A DNA stretch of 63,792 nt, filler included, from Perkinsus olseni (taxonomy: Eukaryota), in the NCBI GenBank assembly GCA_013115125.1. It is 24 parts of 24 records of this genome, joined end to end, with 100 filler letters (N's around TTAATTAATTAA, not from the genome) between each part and the next. Parts side by side here need not be neighbours in the genome. Positions count along the whole stretch, not along the records: positions 61,279 to 63,792 come from JABANN010001557.1; 23 more parts are not named here. One strand, given 5' to 3'. The notes below the pieces were generated by a model that saw only the letters and a program-made list of their open reading frames with translations, was not told the DNA's origin and did not search any database. Of this stretch, positions 61,279-63,792 are shown piece after piece (positions within the stretch are counted from its first letter, which is position 1; every line of letters begins with the position of its first letter). A program made the translations under genes and the position numbers.

Positions 61279-63282
61279 CATGTCAAAGCTTCGTACCAAC
61301 AGAGTTATCTCAATTTTAGCGATTTGCATATCAAAATGGCACACACTGTAGTGTAACTGCTTACTACTTGAACTGTCTCTGTAAGATCTGTTATCACTGC
61401 TAATCCATCTTCTGTATATGTGGGGTTGTGATCGACTTTATTCTTCACCCGTTGATTCCGGCCTTCCTCTCCTTGCCGGTCACCATCATCAATCAGCTTT
61501 TTATGATCCTCACTTGATAGTTCTGCTACTACCTATAATAAAAAGATATACAACTGTAGATTCTGGTACGTTGGAATGATGATGATGATGCCTATAATAG
61601 TAGTACCTGTCGACTGACACTGTGAATATAATGTTCAAATTGATTACACCGTTGTGTTATAATACACATCTCATCAATGACCTGATTTGAGTTAGACTAC
61701 ATGCGACAGGGATAGCAGTAGTATGTGTATTATTCTTACGGCATCCTTCTGCCCAAGATCAATACTAGTCAATATTGTTGCATCTTCCATTACTTCTGAG
61801 AATCATAAGATACCTCTCATTTCCTTATGGTTATGATAATTATTATTATTACCGTCACCAGTGTTCTCAAAATCCTTCATTATTCGTTTCCTAGATACTC
61901 TTATACGATTGATTACTGATATTGCTTGTGTATCGGCCTCTGCCTGTAGTCCTCTTAATACCATTACAAAATTCATTGGCCCGAATTCTTCCTGAATGAT
62001 GATAACAACACTAAGATGGCAATGAAAACAACAAGGCCTGACGATAGTAGTATCGTAATAATAATAATAATGACTACTAAGCACTAATAAGTCTTACCTC
62101 AATATTGCGTTGATGGTCTTGTATTATATCCGCTACAGCCAAAAATACATTGGTTAGAGTATTCACGTATTTATCATTGATAACTACTCCGCCACCATCC
62201 CCCCGATCGCCATCGTTACTTGATTCTCTTGTTGTTGATGCATTGTCATTGGAAGCTATTACGGAACTAAAAAGTATCATAATACGATCATACTCGACGA
62301 TAATATCATCATCACTTACCTCAACTTTTGTTTACATTGTTCAGCAAGGGTTTGCCTTATGAACCTCACATACCTGCCGCCGCACGATCTATGCCGCCGC
62401 CATTACTATTATTCTTCTTACCTCGCTACAGCTTCTGTTGTCATACCCAATGGATAGAATAACCTAGCACATCTACTTACACCATCCTTATCAGTGCCGA
62501 TTATAGCGCTATCAAATGCTTTACGTACGGATGAGCATACCTACCGCCGTAGAATAGCAGTGAGCGTTGTTATTGTAATTATCATCACTATTCCTACCTC
62601 ATCCTCGAGCCTTTTGGATTCCTTCATCGTTGCATTATCACATACCTCACATATTTTAGGATACTTCTGTTTTATCTACATCATACTGCCTATTGATAGC
62701 AGCACTTGCCCTCGGAAGGAGCAGTAGTAGTACTACCTCTCTTATCTTTGCTATATCTTTGGCAGCGTCATCAACATTATCGTTAAGTAATGCCTCGTTA
62801 CAAGTATTGATAGTATGATGTATCGTTATTACACTTTGCGCTAGATCATGTGCTTCTTGTAAGATATGTTTAGTATTGTCTAATTCCTCAACTCGAGATG
62901 ATAATGCCCCAGCAGTTTGTGATAACTCCGACACTTCGGCTTCTAATCCTATTATCTGCTGAGCATGCTCGTGTCCATCCTCCTATACATCATCAACTAA
63001 CCTACTACCTCTTCTTGTAATTCAACATCATCATCTCTGGTAACCTGATAACCAGCAGCATGATGCTGCTCGATTAGCTTGTGGGAAGCCTCCTTGTACA
63101 GCCGGGATAGGTCTTTATCAACCTATCATGTTGGCGATGAATAACATCTCTTGGTAACCACCATCGATCATCATTACCTCGTTCTCCCTATCCTGTAATC
63201 TACTTATCAGATCATCAGCAGTTTCAACGGAACAGCAGCAGCAGCAGCAGGTCGGTGGATCTGTGGGAGTCGGCTCCAGCAT
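61279..63282 (-). CDS. COG4: Conserved oligomeric Golgi complex subunit 4, 5' part, multi-exon
   Basis: AGALSSRVEELDNTK...EALLNDNVDDAAKDI, FYPLGMTTEAV, YVNTLTNVFLAVADIIQDHQ and FGPMNFVMVLRGLQAEAD match the COG4 N-terminal pattern in order. Confidence 0.82.
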
Positions 63283-63718
63283 TATAGAAATGATAGTAAT
63301 CGAGAGAGAGACAGAGGTTAGATATATATGACTGTTAGTATCAGGTAATCATAGTATCACACGGAGAACAGCAGCAGAACCTATGATATGTTACACAAGC
63401 GAGTCTAGATATCAATTGGGTGATGATTGATATGATACACTATTAATACAACACTTAAGGCGTGGGTATGGGGTATAAGAGTGAAGGATACTGGTAGCAG
63501 CAGCAGGAGGAGGAGGAGGAGGAGGAGGAGGAAAAGTGTATGTACAAAAGGAGAAGAATCCCTGTTGTTGATAATGATACTACTGTCGGTGTTGCTGATG
63601 TTCCTCTACTGCCCTGGAGCTGTAAGCACTCAAAAGGGGCAACAACCATCAACAACATACCCGAGTAAGAAAAAACTAGTAGAAAAAAAAATCACTACTA
63701 CCGTCCTTGACGTCCCTT

Positions 63719-63719
63719 C

Positions 63720-63792
<73 letters not shown>
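63719..63792 (+). repeat. (TAG/GTA)n microsatellite
   Basis: Directly visible; runs to the window end. Confidence 0.97.

Noticed and set aside
1-63792. Gene-neighbourhood systems spanning contigs (e.g. YR plus RT plus deaminase)
   Set aside because: Contigs are ordered by size, so cross-linker adjacency is meaningless.
1-63792. Perkinsus/dinoflagellate spliced-leader sequence (CCGTAGCCATYTTGGCTCAAG)
   Set aside because: Looked for by eye on both strands and no convincing match was seen.

Overview
This is not one locus. It is 24 unrelated ~2.5-2.6 kb contigs sorted by decreasing length and joined by an artificial 100-bp spacer (N-TTAATTAATTAA-N), so adjacency across spacers means nothing. 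The DNA is eukaryotic, with ~40-100 nt GT-AG introns, (GTA)n microsatellites and Cys/Thr-rich secreted families; this is most consistent with a Perkinsus-like alveolate (inference). Host genes, mostly partial: MIP18/CIAO2, proteasome beta-2, tandem adenosine deaminases, an ABCB/MDR transporter, COG4, several secreted proteins and one tRNA-Ala(TGC). Much of the rest is mobile DNA: hAT, RTE LINE, Ty3/gypsy pieces, a decayed DIRS/Ngaro tyrosine-recombinase element, a Helitron-like end and a complete 972-bp TRIM with LTRs, PBS, PPT and TSD. The best novelty candidate is an unclassified repeated unit seen on three contigs. It has an intronless 437-aa ORF with an RRM/Rep-like pattern, a 93-nt noncoding block far more conserved than the ORF, and inverted iteron-like arrays around a hairpin. 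Also notable are a 40-nt hairpin that could be a newly born intron, many perfect fold-back palindromes, and an LTR family with a non-TGG primer site.
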